A DNA stretch of 64,000 nucleotides from positions 16,891-80,890 of the forward strand of contig NSIC01000001.1 in the NCBI GenBank assembly GCA_002737635.1. The letters run 5' to 3'. Positions 52,426 through 61,539 of the stretch are shown piece by piece. Within the stretch, counting starts at the first letter, position 1, and each line of letters begins with the position of its first letter. This DNA is from Acidimicrobium sp. (GTDB taxonomy: Bacteria; Actinomycetota; Acidimicrobiia; Acidimicrobiales; Ilumatobacteraceae). The position numbers were made by a program, and so were the translations under genes. The notes below the pieces were generated by a model. That model was not told where the DNA came from and made no database searches. It worked only from the letters and a program-made list of their open reading frames with translations.

Positions 52426-52707
52426 CTAGCGGTTTGGATTCAGAGCAGCTTTGAGTGTTGAACTCGAGCTGAACTTCATCGCTGTTGATGCTTTCACCTG
52501 CACGGGAGCCCCAGTTTGAGGATTCCTGCCGATGCGAGCCTTTCGCTTCGAGGTGCTGAACGAGCCGAAACCCGGCCAAGCAACCTTGTCGCCTTGCATA
52601 GCGGATGAGACGACGAGGTCAAAGAATTCTGCAATCGTGCGTTCGGCATCTGCCTTCGACACGCCTGCTTTCTGTGACACTGCATCAATCAATTCTGCTT
52701 TAGTCAT
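52426..52707 (-). CDS. hup: HU family DNA-binding protein
   Basis: MTKAELID, GFGSF, RKARIGRNPQTG. Confidence 0.96.
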   Translation of the reverse strand: MTKAELIDAVSQKAGVSKADAERTIAEFFDLVVSSAMQGDKVAWPGFGSFSTSKRKARIGRNPQTGAPVQVKASTAMKFSSSSTLKAALNPNR

Positions 52708-53013
52708 TTCTATTACCTTGCTTTCTTCGGTTACGGATTACCGCTGAACATCTATTTGAGTAGGTTTGAAAACAAATTGCAAGCATTGAGCACTATTTCG
52801 AACTTTTTGCGACACCCGATCCGAAAATCAAATCAGGCGCAAAAAATCGCGAAAAATTATCTCACAAGACAAAAATTTTTGCCGATCCAACGCGTCGTCG
52901 AACACGGCAGCAAATTCGGCAAGTCAGCCAAGCAACATCGGCAAAGCTATATTTTATATGGCTTTTACAGCATCGGCAGTTTCGCATCACTTGTAACTAA
53001 TTCGAAAAAACCT

Positions 53014-53022
53014 TGTGGATAA
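53014..53022 (-). promoter_or_regulatory. Single consensus DnaA box (TTATCCACA)
   Basis: Exact 9-mer TGTGGATAA on + strand in the hup/phoH intergenic region; function unproven. Confidence 0.4.
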
Positions 53023-53220
53023 ACATTTCGACAAGATTTCAACTCAGCCCAAAACGCAACCGTCAATACGACCACAAAATTCGCTGGACAAGATATTTTT
53101 CAGGTCGAAAAAGAAATTTTAAATAAATTTTTAAAAATCCCGTAAATTCGCCCTATCAAGAGCACTTTTGGCGCTCCCCATCCACCAACACCCAACACGA
53201 AGAAGCAACAATTACTTTCG

Positions 53221-54609
53221 TTGTCAACTTCAAAATCAATTTCTGAAAAAACCAACGAGCAGTTCGCCGACTTGTTCACGACGCCAGTCGGCTCGCGAGT
53301 CGTGCTCGACACTTCTGTTTTAGTCGCCGACCCTAACTGTCTGAATAGTTTTCCAAATTGTGCGATCGTTATCCCGTTGACCGTGATCGAAGAACTGGAC
53401 GGGTTAAAAACTCGAATGGATGATGTCGGTCGCTCAGCACGCAGCGCACTTCGCGCGATCGAAGATTTGCGCCGCAAAGCCGGTGGCTCACTTAAAGAAC
53501 CCACACCAATTAGTGGCACCAAACCAGGGTCAACCATTCAAATTGAAGTCAACGGCATTCAAAAACATTTACTGATAGAGCACGGGCTCGACCCACAGGT
53601 GCCAGACAACCGCATAATCGGCGCCGCCTTGGGTCAAGCATCGGTTTCGCCGACCTGCATTGTTTCAAACGACGCGGCGTTACGCATCAAAGCCGCCCAC
53701 ATGGGTCTGACAGCGCTTGAACATCGTCCTGTCAATGGCGGTCGCTCCGAAAAACCGATGGGCTGGTCGACATTTGATGCCTCAGTCGAAGTAATTGACA
53801 GCCTCTACAAATCAGAGGGCATCGAGAAGTCAGAAATTGAAGGCGCCGAAGGTCTATACGAAAACAATTTTGCTGTTTTGCGTTGTGGCTCACAGTCGGC
53901 TCTCACCCGATGCCGCGACAATGAGTTGCGCTTGATGCAACAAAACGCCCCCGAAGCCTGGGGTTTGCGCGCCCGCAATAAAGAACAGCGTTTCGCCCTC
54001 GAACTTTTGCTCGATCCGCAAATCACTGTCGTGGCCCTCGACGGTCGCGCCGGTACCGGAAAAACGGTTCTGGCAATCGCCGCGGGTCTCGAACAAGTCG
54101 TCGAGCAACATCGTTACGAACGCTTGGCTGTCTATCGACCACTCGTACCAGTTGGTCGCGCCGATGTCGGTTTTCTGCCTGGTGGCCTCGAAGAAAAACT
54201 CGATCCATGGATGTCGGCAATTCACGACGCAGTCGTCGCGCTGACCGACGATCGTTCAAGTCGCGATGCCCGCGGCTTGATCGACGATCTAATCGCTCGA
54301 GGTCAGTTAACGCTTGAGTCGGTCACTTTCTTGCGTGGGCGCAGCCTGCAAGCCCAGATCGTCGTGGTCGACGAGGCACAAAACCTCGAACCAACGACCT
54401 TGAAAACGATCTTGACCAGAATCGGCGACGGCACAAAAGTCGTGTTCACGGGTGATACAAGCCAAATCGACGCGCCATATATGGGTGAAAGCAACAACGC
54501 GCTCGCCGTTTTAGTGCAGGCATTCGCAGGTCAAAGTTGCTTTGGCCACATCACGCTCGAGGCTTGTGAGCGCAGTGAAGTCGCCAGCCTGGCGGCCGAA
54601 CTTCTTTAG
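53221..54609 (+). CDS. PhoH2-type PIN domain + PhoH ATPase
   Basis: VLDTSVL, VIEELD, DNRI, SND; GRAGTGKT, GFLPG, RGRS, DEAQN, GDTSQID. Confidence 0.93.
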   Translation: MSTSKSISEKTNEQFADLFTTPVGSRVVLDTSVLVADPNCLNSFPNCAIVIPLTVIEELDGLKTRMDDVGRSARSALRAIEDLRRKAGGSLKEPTPISGTKPGSTIQIEVNGIQKHLLIEHGLDPQVPDNRIIGAALGQASVSPTCIVSNDAALRIKAAHMGLTALEHRPVNGGRSEKPMGWSTFDASVEVIDSLYKSEGIEKSEIEGAEGLYENNFAVLRCGSQSALTRCRDNELRLMQQNAPEAWGLRARNKEQRFALELLLDPQITVVALDGRAGTGKTVLAIAAGLEQVVEQHRYERLAVYRPLVPVGRADVGFLPGGLEEKLDPWMSAIHDAVVALTDDRSSRDARGLIDDLIARGQLTLESVTFLRGRSLQAQIVVVDEAQNLEPTTLKTILTRIGDGTKVVFTGDTSQIDAPYMGESNNALAVLVQAFAGQSCFGHITLEACERSEVASLAAELL

Positions 54610-54721
54610 TTCAAGAGTTCGACATAGTTGAACATAGTTGAACATAGTTACAAGTTTGTAATTAAATATTTTCTCAAGCAAAGTTTCTGCTTAACTTTTT
54701 CGAATTAATAATGTACGGTTC

Positions 54722-55084
54722 GTGACATATACCTTTGAGAGTTCTCCCGGCTACTTAACTCTTGAATCACTGCGTGCGCTGGCACAACTCGCCAAATGGC
54801 GCGAGCAATCAAAATGCACCGGCAAACGCAGACTTTTTTTTGCACCAAACTCTGAGCGACCACAAGCAAGAATTCGACGCGAAGCAAAAGCCATCACGCT
54901 TTGTAATTGCTGCCCCGCAAGAACTCCTTGTCGCGACTTCGCTCGCAAAAATCACGAATACGGCTTTTGGGGTGGCGAAAACGAAGAACAGCGTCATCTA
55001 GCGGGATATAAAGTGATCGCCCCAATTGGCATTCGCGCAAAAATTATTCGTCCGCCGCAAGAAAAGAATGAGGACCACTACTAA
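54722..55084 (+). CDS. WhiB family regulator (WhiB3/WhiD-like)
   Basis: W...C....LFF...ER..AR..RE..A..LCNCCP...PC, YGFWGG. Confidence 0.9.
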   Translation: MTYTFESSPGYLTLESLRALAQLAKWREQSKCTGKRRLFFAPNSERPQARIRREAKAITLCNCCPARTPCRDFARKNHEYGFWGGENEEQRHLAGYKVIAPIGIRAKIIRPPQEKNEDHY

Positions 55085-55121
55085 ATAGCTCTAACGCTCA
55101 GTTCAAGCATTACGGCGTGTA

Positions 55122-55532
55122 ATGATTGAAGATATGCCTTCAACACCCAAAGACCCCGATGCACTCGTCACTTCATTTTTTGAGTCGATTCAAGGCCATC
55201 ATTTAACTGCTGCTCTCGACATGATGTCGCAAGACTGCGAATACGACAATGTGCCAATTACCAAAGTTTTTGGTCGAGCCGCTATTGAGCAGACTCTCGG
55301 CGGTTTTCTCGCCGAGTGCTCGGCCTACGAATGGATCATCCATCATCAAGTTGCCAGCGGCAACCTCGAGCACGGCGTCGTCATGAACGAACGCACCGAC
55401 AGATTTCAAATCGATGGTCGCTGGGTCGAACTCGATGTGGCTGGGCTGTTTGTCGTCAGCGAGTCAAAAATTGCGCTGTGGCGCGATTACTTTGACCGCG
55501 AGATTTTCGCTAAAGCACTCACCAGCAAGTAA
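55122..55532 (+). CDS. Limonene-1,2-epoxide hydrolase / NTF2-like protein
   Basis: YDNVP, VMNERTD, WRDYFD. Confidence 0.88.
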   Translation: MIEDMPSTPKDPDALVTSFFESIQGHHLTAALDMMSQDCEYDNVPITKVFGRAAIEQTLGGFLAECSAYEWIIHHQVASGNLEHGVVMNERTDRFQIDGRWVELDVAGLFVVSESKIALWRDYFDREIFAKALTSK

Positions 55533-55577
55533 ACCAACAAAAAATCCTCGCAACATCGGTCAGGTAAGTTTCTTTTG

Positions 55578-56168
55578 ATGCAATCGGTTATTGATAATAA
55601 ATCTCTGAACGACATTCGCTTCGCCGTCGTTGACACCGAAACCACGGGCCTATCGGGCACCAACGACTTCGTCTTGCAACTTGGTGTGGTCATTTCACGC
55701 AGTGACGGCACGATTGAAGAACAATACGAGACCTTCGTCAAACGCTTCTTTTGGAAACCTGGTCGACTCGGCGCCTACAAGGTGCACGGCATCAAGCGCT
55801 CAGATCTGCGCCGTGGCATCAGCCCACAAGAAATGGTCGCCACGCTAAAAAATTATTTGCACGACACGATTTTCGTCGCCCACAATGCCAAGTTTGACAT
55901 CGGCTTTCTCAACGGCGAAGCAACGCGCTTAAAAACCGAAATTAATTATAACGGTCCACTCGACACCTTAAAAATGTCTCGAGCGCTCGACCCAAAGCGG
56001 GCCAACTCGCACAGACTCAAAGATGTAACGACTCGCTACGGGGTTGTCGTCACCCGCCCCCACGACGCACTCGCCGACGCACTCGGCACCGCCATGGTGC
56101 TGCCGCACTTGTTGCGTGCGCACAACATCACGACAGTCGAGCAACTCGCAGCGCATTTCGGCGCCTAG
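55578..56168 (+). CDS. DEDDh 3'-5' exonuclease (DnaQ-like)
   Basis: VDTETTG, AHNAKFD, DTL, HDALADA. Confidence 0.92.
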   Translation: MQSVIDNKSLNDIRFAVVDTETTGLSGTNDFVLQLGVVISRSDGTIEEQYETFVKRFFWKPGRLGAYKVHGIKRSDLRRGISPQEMVATLKNYLHDTIFVAHNAKFDIGFLNGEATRLKTEINYNGPLDTLKMSRALDPKRANSHRLKDVTTRYGVVVTRPHDALADALGTAMVLPHLLRAHNITTVEQLAAHFGA

Positions 56169-56207
56169 AAACTGGCTAGCTAATCAACTAGTCAGCTAGT
56201 CAGCTAG

Positions 56208-57308
56208 TCAGCTGGCGGTTGTTTGATATCGCGCCAAAACGCTCTGCGCGGTTTGGCTTGCCAGCGGTTTGTGCTCGGCTGGCTTCACGACCTTTACACC
56301 GTTGCCGGCGCGCAATAACAGTCTCCCCAGCCAATGCTTCGAAGTGATCGACATAGTCAGGTCGACGCTGCCATCTTTGTTGTCAACTCGCGACACATAT
56401 GGATACGACTCAACAATCCACCGGGCCTGCTTTCGCACACGCAATGTGACTTGTTGCAGACTCTCAGAAAACCACGGAAGTTCATCGTCGCGAACTTCGC
56501 GCAATTGATCAAAAATCTGCACACCTGCAATTTTTTCGATGCGATCAACTCGAAACACCCGATCTTCGCCCGATAAATGATCGTCGGCAGCTACATACCA
56601 ACGACCCGAGTCTTCAAAAACCTTTCGCGGCGTGACAGTTCGTGTCGTGCGCTTCAGCGATGCCGGCGAAAAATATTCGATCTCTTGACGTTCGCCAGTT
56701 TCGACAGCCACCAACAACTCTTTGACATACCGAGTCTTGGGCAACTGAACTTTTATCGTTTCTGCACCTGCGGGCATTAGTGGTGAGAGTTTTGCCAACG
56801 CCGAAGCCAACGGGCCCTTCTTATTTGCGCCTGGCAACTGCATCGCCGTCTGGGCCATCACCGATACGGCAAACAATTCTGCCGTGCTCAATTTGAGTGG
56901 CCTCGAGAACACGAGAGGCACTTCGGCGATAACCATTCCGTCGTCCATATATACGTCAATCAAAGCGTCCGGCGTATACGGCGGCACGCCACAAACCGCG
57001 GCCATCTGCAAGTCTTCGACCAGTTCGGCCTCGCTCAAGTTGAACTGCCGAGCCATCGTCGAAATCTTGACTCGTTGTCGTTGCATAATCCACGGCAACA
57101 TCACCAACAAACCGCTGACTCGTTGCGCCGCACTTCGCGGACCACGTCGGGCAGGTCGAGTCGACTGCGCCGACCGTGTTGAATTTGCCGCCGACTTTTT
57201 CGCCGGCTTGGTCGTCTGTTTCTTTGTGACGCTCTTTTTTGTGACGCTCTTCTTCGCGACAGTTTTCTTCGCGACAGTTTTCTTCGCCATGCGTTTTTTT
57301 GCAGCCAT
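56208..57308 (-). CDS. PafC-like HTH-WYL-WCX regulator with Lys-rich N-terminal extension
   Basis: LL.MLPWI, CGVPPYTPDALID, RPLKLS..E, WYV, RVFRVDRI; ATG overlaps pafB stop (TGATG). Confidence 0.88.
   Translation of the reverse strand: MAAKKRMAKKTVAKKTVAKKSVTKKSVTKKQTTKPAKKSAANSTRSAQSTRPARRGPRSAAQRVSGLLVMLPWIMQRQRVKISTMARQFNLSEAELVEDLQMAAVCGVPPYTPDALIDVYMDDGMVIAEVPLVFSRPLKLSTAELFAVSVMAQTAMQLPGANKKGPLASALAKLSPLMPAGAETIKVQLPKTRYVKELLVAVETGERQEIEYFSPASLKRTTRTVTPRKVFEDSGRWYVAADDHLSGEDRVFRVDRIEKIAGVQIFDQLREVRDDELPWFSESLQQVTLRVRKQARWIVESYPYVSRVDNKDGSVDLTMSITSKHWLGRLLLRAGNGVKVVKPAEHKPLASQTAQSVLARYQTTAS
57219..57293. repeat. 15-bp coding tandem repeat, about 5 units (AKKTV/TKKSV)
   Basis: tttctttgtgacgct / cttttttgtgacgct / cttcttcgcgacagt / tttcttcgcgacagt / tttcttcgccatgcg. 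Confidence 0.9.
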
Positions 57309-58273
57309 CACTTGCCTGCCGCGAGATTTTCTAGCCACTGCACAACTTGGTCACGCACCGATTGCGGCTCTAGAACTTCGGCACTTTCAACCATCGCAAA
57401 CAACCACAGCCTGAATCCGTCGAGATTGGCACACGGTATCGAAAACTCGACGCTTCCGTCATCGCGATCACGAATCACCGAACTTTCACCGAACTCGCGC
57501 CGCACCCCTGGGGCCAACGAAGCGTCAACAAGCACGACTGCCATCGTCACCTCACCGTCACCCGCAGCCAACATTTGTTTTTCGGTTGGCACAGCCGCCG
57601 CTACATCGAAATCGACCGGAGTTTTAAACGCGCGCGCCTCGCCTGCAACGACCGAGCCCTCAATTCGATCGACGCGAAAAACTCTCTTGTCTCGGCGCAG
57701 GTGATCAAAGCCGATGATGTACCAAAAGCCATTTCGCGAGAGCATGCCATAAGGGTCGACCTGTCGCTTCTCGCCTTTGTAATCAAAGTTCAGCGTCTTG
57801 CGTTTCATCACCGCATCGGTAATCGTGCCCATGTTTTGGTCGACCAAACCAATGTTCACGCTCATCGATGCTTTGCCCAAAATTCTTTCACCACCAAGTT
57901 TCCACAACGCTTCTTCGCCGTGTTGCGCACCCAGGTGAACGGTTGCAACCGCCAATTGCAATGCCGCACGCTCTTCATCGGTCAATCTCAAATCGCTAAG
58001 TTCATAATTTGAGCGGTTGACCCAATAGGTCACTTCGCCGGCCGCGTCTCCGCCGAGAGTTTTTGTCTCAATCGGAATACCCATTTCGCGCAACGCCGCT
58101 TTATCGCGTTCAAACGCGGCACGGGCCGCTTCATCACTATCTGGATATTGTTTGCCCAACTCTTGGCGCACTTGTCGCAAAGTCAAGGGCTTGGCGCGGT
58201 CGACGAGCAATGCCAACAGATTCATCATCCGTTCTGCTTGCGAAATTTTGACAGCTTTAAAACCAGTAGGCAT
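57308..58273 (-). CDS. PafB-like HTH-WYL-WCX regulator
   Basis: ERMMNLL, FERDKAALREMGIPI, RQVDPYG, WYIIG, RVFRVDRI. Confidence 0.9.
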   Translation of the reverse strand: MPTGFKAVKISQAERMMNLLALLVDRAKPLTLRQVRQELGKQYPDSDEAARAAFERDKAALREMGIPIETKTLGGDAAGEVTYWVNRSNYELSDLRLTDEERAALQLAVATVHLGAQHGEEALWKLGGERILGKASMSVNIGLVDQNMGTITDAVMKRKTLNFDYKGEKRQVDPYGMLSRNGFWYIIGFDHLRRDKRVFRVDRIEGSVVAGEARAFKTPVDFDVAAAVPTEKQMLAAGDGEVTMAVVLVDASLAPGVRREFGESSVIRDRDDGSVEFSIPCANLDGFRLWLFAMVESAEVLEPQSVRDQVVQWLENLAAGK

Positions 58274-58371
58274 ATCAACAGCGTAGGCGCAGAGACTTGA
58301 CCCACCAAGCAACTGACCCTTAATCGAACTAGCCGTGACTAGCTGTTATTAGTTTTTGTTACTCGTTGATA

Positions 58372-59979
58372 CTAGTTTTTTCGTCGCAACTGGCGATACT
58401 TGGCAATCAGGCTTTTGGTCGAAGAGTCATTAACTGCCGTCTCACCTTGAGTTATCTGATTATTGATTTCAACTGACAAAGTTTTGCCCAATTCAACACC
58501 CCATTGATCGAAACTATTTATCTGGGCGATCACACCGTGCACGAATACTCGGTGCTCATACATCGCGATCAAAGCACCGAGCGTTCTCGGGGTCAACGAT
58601 TTTGCCAGCAACGTCGTCGACGGCCGATTGCCCGTCATCTCGCGGTGCGGCCCGATCACAGAATCTTTTGTGGCGTGTTGAGCATCGCCAAACGCCAACG
58701 CCTTGGCTTGGGCAAACATGTTCGCCATTAGCGCGTCGTGTGATTCAGCATCGACATTTGCCAATTGTGCAAAGCCAATGAATTCAGCGGGCACGATCTG
58801 CGTACCTTGATGCAACATCTGCATGAATGCATGCTGCGAGTTCGTGCCGACGCCACCCCAAACAACCGGCGAAGTTGCGACATCTGTCGGCTTGCCGTCT
58901 TGACGCACCGATTTGCCGTTGCTTTCCATTATCAGCTGCTGCAAATAATTTGGCAATAGGCGCAATGCCGATGCATATGGCAAAATCGCCTGACTCGAAA
59001 ATCGACCCGTGCCAAAGTTGAATACATCGATCAAACCCAAAATCAGCGTGGTGTTGTTTTCGAGATCGACATTTTGCATCTGGTCGTCAACACTTCGCAT
59101 GCCGGCCAAAAAATCCGAAAATGCATCAAATCCAAACGCGATGATCGGTGCCAAGCTCGTCGCTGATGCAATCGAATATCTGCCTCCAACCCACGGCCAA
59201 ATCTGAAACGCATTCGCCGCGTTCACGCCAGCGACTCGAGCCTGCGCATTGTTTGCCGAAACCACAACGAAATGCTCGGCAACTACTTCGCTTTCAACAG
59301 AGACGCCCAGACCCTTGGCCAGCCATTGTCTTGCAATTCGGGCGTTCGCCAAAGTTTCGGCAGTCTTAAACGATTTCGAACAAACGACAAACATCGTCTC
59401 TTGTGGTCGGCATTTTGCCAAAATTGAATTAATTTCGGTCGAATCAATATTGCTGACAAACAAGCACTCAATTTCTGTTTTATGGCTCGCACTTAGAGCG
59501 TCATAAATTAATGCCGGCCCAAGGTCGCTACCGCCGATGCCGATATTGACAATTTTTTTGAACTTTTTGTCGCGACATACTTTTTCGGCAAAAATTCGAA
59601 TCTTTTCGAGTTCTTGATGCACCTTCTTGACGATGTCTTGGCCGTCCAGTTCAATGTTCGCTGTTTGCGCCGTACGCAATGCAGTGTGCAGCGCAGGTTG
59701 ATTTTCGGTAAAGTTAACTATTGCGCCACTGCGCATTTCGGCGAACTTTTCGACTACTCGCGCTTGCCTGGCGAGGGCCAACAAATTTTTAAGTGCCTGC
59801 TCGTCGATTATCTGCTTAGAGAAGTCGACGACTATCTCAGACTCGCCATCACTCAGAGCCTGAGTCATGTTCTGCGCTCGTAGATCATCGCGATCGAACA
59901 GATCTCTCAAAGAGGCACTTCTATTGCGTTCAGAGTCGGCCACAACTTGCTGCCACAACTTAGAAACGTCTTCAGCCAT
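58372..59979 (-). CDS. pgi: Glucose-6-phosphate isomerase
   Basis: IGIGGSDLGP, SKSF.TAET, VGGRYS, QQLIMESNGK, QHAF.Q..HQG, DQWGVELGK. Confidence 0.97.
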   Translation of the reverse strand: MAEDVSKLWQQVVADSERNRSASLRDLFDRDDLRAQNMTQALSDGESEIVVDFSKQIIDEQALKNLLALARQARVVEKFAEMRSGAIVNFTENQPALHTALRTAQTANIELDGQDIVKKVHQELEKIRIFAEKVCRDKKFKKIVNIGIGGSDLGPALIYDALSASHKTEIECLFVSNIDSTEINSILAKCRPQETMFVVCSKSFKTAETLANARIARQWLAKGLGVSVESEVVAEHFVVVSANNAQARVAGVNAANAFQIWPWVGGRYSIASATSLAPIIAFGFDAFSDFLAGMRSVDDQMQNVDLENNTTLILGLIDVFNFGTGRFSSQAILPYASALRLLPNYLQQLIMESNGKSVRQDGKPTDVATSPVVWGGVGTNSQHAFMQMLHQGTQIVPAEFIGFAQLANVDAESHDALMANMFAQAKALAFGDAQHATKDSVIGPHREMTGNRPSTTLLAKSLTPRTLGALIAMYEHRVFVHGVIAQINSFDQWGVELGKTLSVEINNQITQGETAVNDSSTKSLIAKYRQLRRKN

Positions 59980-60011
59980 TGATTAAAGGCTACTGACTAG
60001 GGTGAATAGCC

Positions 60012-60899
60012 GTGTCTCAACCATCTGAACGCTCGGGCGTCGCGTACGCACTGGGCGCTTACATCACATGGGGATTTCTCACGATTTATTGGAAGTTTTT
60101 AAAAGATTTCAATGCCTTCGAACTCATCGGTTGGCGAATCGTCACATCGGTGATTGTTTTGCTGGCAATTTTGATTTACAACAAACAACTTCGCAACTTA
60201 ATCGGCGCGTTCCGCGACAAGCGCGTTCGCAAAATAATTGGTGTTGCCAGCATCATGCTTTCAATCAACTGGACAACCTATGTCTGGGCAGTTGTCCACG
60301 ATCGCATTCTTGAAACGGCGCTTGGCTATTTCATCTCACCAATCTTTACGATGCTGATTGGCTTCATCGTGTTACGTGAGCCAATTCGCATTGCGCATCG
60401 ACTTACCATCCTCTTCGCGACTTTTGCGATTGCGATCTTGACATATTCATACGGTCAGCCTCCGTGGCGAGCGTTGTTGATTGCCGGGTCTTGGAGCATC
60501 TATGGATACCTAAAAAAGCAGGTGCCGTTGACCAGCCTTGAAAGTTTGTCAGGTGAAGTTGTCGCTCTAATTTTGCCCGCCTGTGTTTTGGTTGCAATCA
60601 CTTTTGATCGCCCCGACTCGGTAGCCAACATCGCCACAAGTGTCGAATGGTTTTTGGTCTTGTTCACCGGTCTGATGACGGCGATTCCGTTGCTTATGTT
60701 TGGTGTCGCATCACGCCGTGTGCGACTCAGCGTGCTCGGGCCAATGCAATATCTAGTGCCGACATTCAACTTTCTGCTCGGTTGGTTGGTCTACAACGAA
60801 GAACTCAACCCGCTTCGAGTAGTCGGTTTTGCATTCGTCTGGGTCGGTCTGGCAATCTTCTTTGTCGACGCATTCAAGTCGTCGAAAACTACCAACTAA
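60012..60899 (+). CDS. rarD: RarD family EamA/DMT transporter
   Basis: AYITWG, NWTTYVWAV, LGYFI.P, QYLVPT; about 10 TM segments. Confidence 0.9.
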   Translation: MSQPSERSGVAYALGAYITWGFLTIYWKFLKDFNAFELIGWRIVTSVIVLLAILIYNKQLRNLIGAFRDKRVRKIIGVASIMLSINWTTYVWAVVHDRILETALGYFISPIFTMLIGFIVLREPIRIAHRLTILFATFAIAILTYSYGQPPWRALLIAGSWSIYGYLKKQVPLTSLESLSGEVVALILPACVLVAITFDRPDSVANIATSVEWFLVLFTGLMTAIPLLMFGVASRRVRLSVLGPMQYLVPTFNFLLGWLVYNEELNPLRVVGFAFVWVGLAIFFVDAFKSSKTTN

Positions 60900-61522
60900 A
60901 CAGAAGCCGAAACTTTAAACGCCGCTCCTGCGAGCAACAGCTTCATCGACTTGATCAATTCGGCTGTGCGCTTGGCATCGCGATAGACCATGTTAAATCG
61001 CGCCAATCCCGCCAACACGACCATCAGCATGTCTTCAAGCGACCGTGCAGAAATTTCTGGGTTGACCTCGCCACGCTCAACGGCACACTCAGACAAAGTC
61101 AGCAAGATTCTGCCAATTTGTCCACCAATTGGCAGCACGGCTTTCATCAATTCAGGATGACGATGCGCTTCGGCAGAAACGCTCAGCACGAAAGAAACCA
61201 CCGCCGGTTCACGCCGTGTCAAAGCCGCCAATGCATCAACCATGCTCGAAATATTTTCGATGACATCTCTATCGGCGCTGACCGAATCTTCAATCGTCTT
61301 GCACACCAGCTTTTGTACATCCATAAAAACGGCCACATACATGTCGACCTTTGACGGAAAGTAGTGGTAAATCGCCGCAGTCGTGATGCCAGCCGACTTG
61401 GCCAGACACTTATTTGTTGTGGCGTCAAAACCCTCGGTCGCGAAGCTTCTTCGCGCTTCAACCAACAACCGATTGCGGGTGTCAGCGCCTTCGCAACGGA
61501 TTGGACGACCTAATTTCGACAT
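60896..61522 (-). CDS. TetR/AcrR family regulator
   Basis: FATEGFDATT..LA..AGIT.AAIYHYFPSK. Confidence 0.93.
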   Translation of the reverse strand: MSKLGRPIRCEGADTRNRLLVEARRSFATEGFDATTNKCLAKSAGITTAAIYHYFPSKVDMYVAVFMDVQKLVCKTIEDSVSADRDVIENISSMVDALAALTRREPAVVSFVLSVSAEAHRHPELMKAVLPIGGQIGRILLTLSECAVERGEVNPEISARSLEDMLMVVLAGLARFNMVYRDAKRTAELIKSMKLLLAGAAFKVSASV

Positions 61523-61539
61523 GTAACAACGATACGCCT

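Noticed and set aside
52394..52428. Stop read-through fusing HU to the Lys-rich peptide
   Set aside because: The 32-nt spacer is out of frame and the peptide has its own RBS
52756..53022. 88-aa ORF in the hup-phoH gap
   Set aside because: TTG start, no RBS, no recognisable motif and atypical composition; unsupported but not excluded
52708..53220. Replication origin
   Set aside because: Only one clear DnaA box, and no dnaA/dnaN/parAB nearby
54622..54649. SOS box or CRISPR-like array
   Set aside because: GAAC-N3-GTTG has the wrong spacing, and the 10-bp units have no spacers
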